DNA of 64,000 nt, taken from contig NC_058368.1 of assembly GCF_018350175.1 (NCBI RefSeq), positions 194,186,001-194,250,000 on the forward strand, read 5' to 3'. This document shows positions 63,913-64,000 of the stretch, piece after piece. Position numbers and translations under genes: made by a program. The notes under the pieces are model-generated. The model saw nothing but the letters and a program-made list of their open reading frames with translations, had not been told where the DNA came from and searched no databases. Within the stretch, counting starts at the first letter, position 1, and each line of letters begins with the position of its first letter. The DNA comes from Felis catus. Lineage: Eukaryota.

Positions 63913-64000
63913 GGGGTGCCTGGGTGGCTCAGGCAGTTAACTGTCCAACTTTGGCTCAAGTCATGATCTCATGGTTTGTGGGTTCGAGCCTCACATTGGA
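63913..64000 (+). mobile_element. CanSINE 5' part, cut by the window end
   Basis: ggggtgcctgggtggctcagg...gtcatgatctcatggtttgtgggttcgagcc. Confidence 0.93.

Noticed and set aside
1..64000. CRISPR-like array, ERV internal genes, processed pseudogene or numt
   Set aside because: No regularly spaced repeat-spacer array. No gag/pol/env, mRNA-like or mitochondrial sequence was recognised by eye; a database search could still reveal very diverged cases.

Overview
AT-rich, CpG-poor mammalian genomic DNA, most likely domestic cat or a close felid, judging from young SINEC_Fc-type CanSINEs and felid/carnivore L1 3' ends. I find no credible protein-coding exon, RNA gene, CRISPR array or intact mobile element. 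Every recognisable ORF in the track is a decayed piece of L1 ORF1/ORF2 or Tigger1 transposase, or arises from SINE or microsatellite sequence. Roughly half the window is LINE-1 by my coordinate tally. There are also 18 CanSINEs, a Tigger1, a MER47/Tigger5-type element, and ancient L2, L3/CR1, MIR and ERVL-type LTR fragments. I could not support a new biological system. The best-supported points of interest are structural: (1) a four-deep, TSD-verified nest (Tigger1 > full-length L1 > truncated L1 > young SINE) in the first 12.6 kb; (2) a 26-bp micro-inversion in an L1 endonuclease motif, shown by comparison with another L1 copy in the window; (3) a twin-priming 5' inversion in an old L1; (4) an L1 apparently polyadenylated early at an ATTAAA signal; (5) several TSD-like micro-insertions; (6) very young, possibly polymorphic insertions; (7) a few repeat-free islands with enhancer-like motif clusters. 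Subfamily names come from recalled consensus sequences, not a database search. Ends of old elements are approximate.
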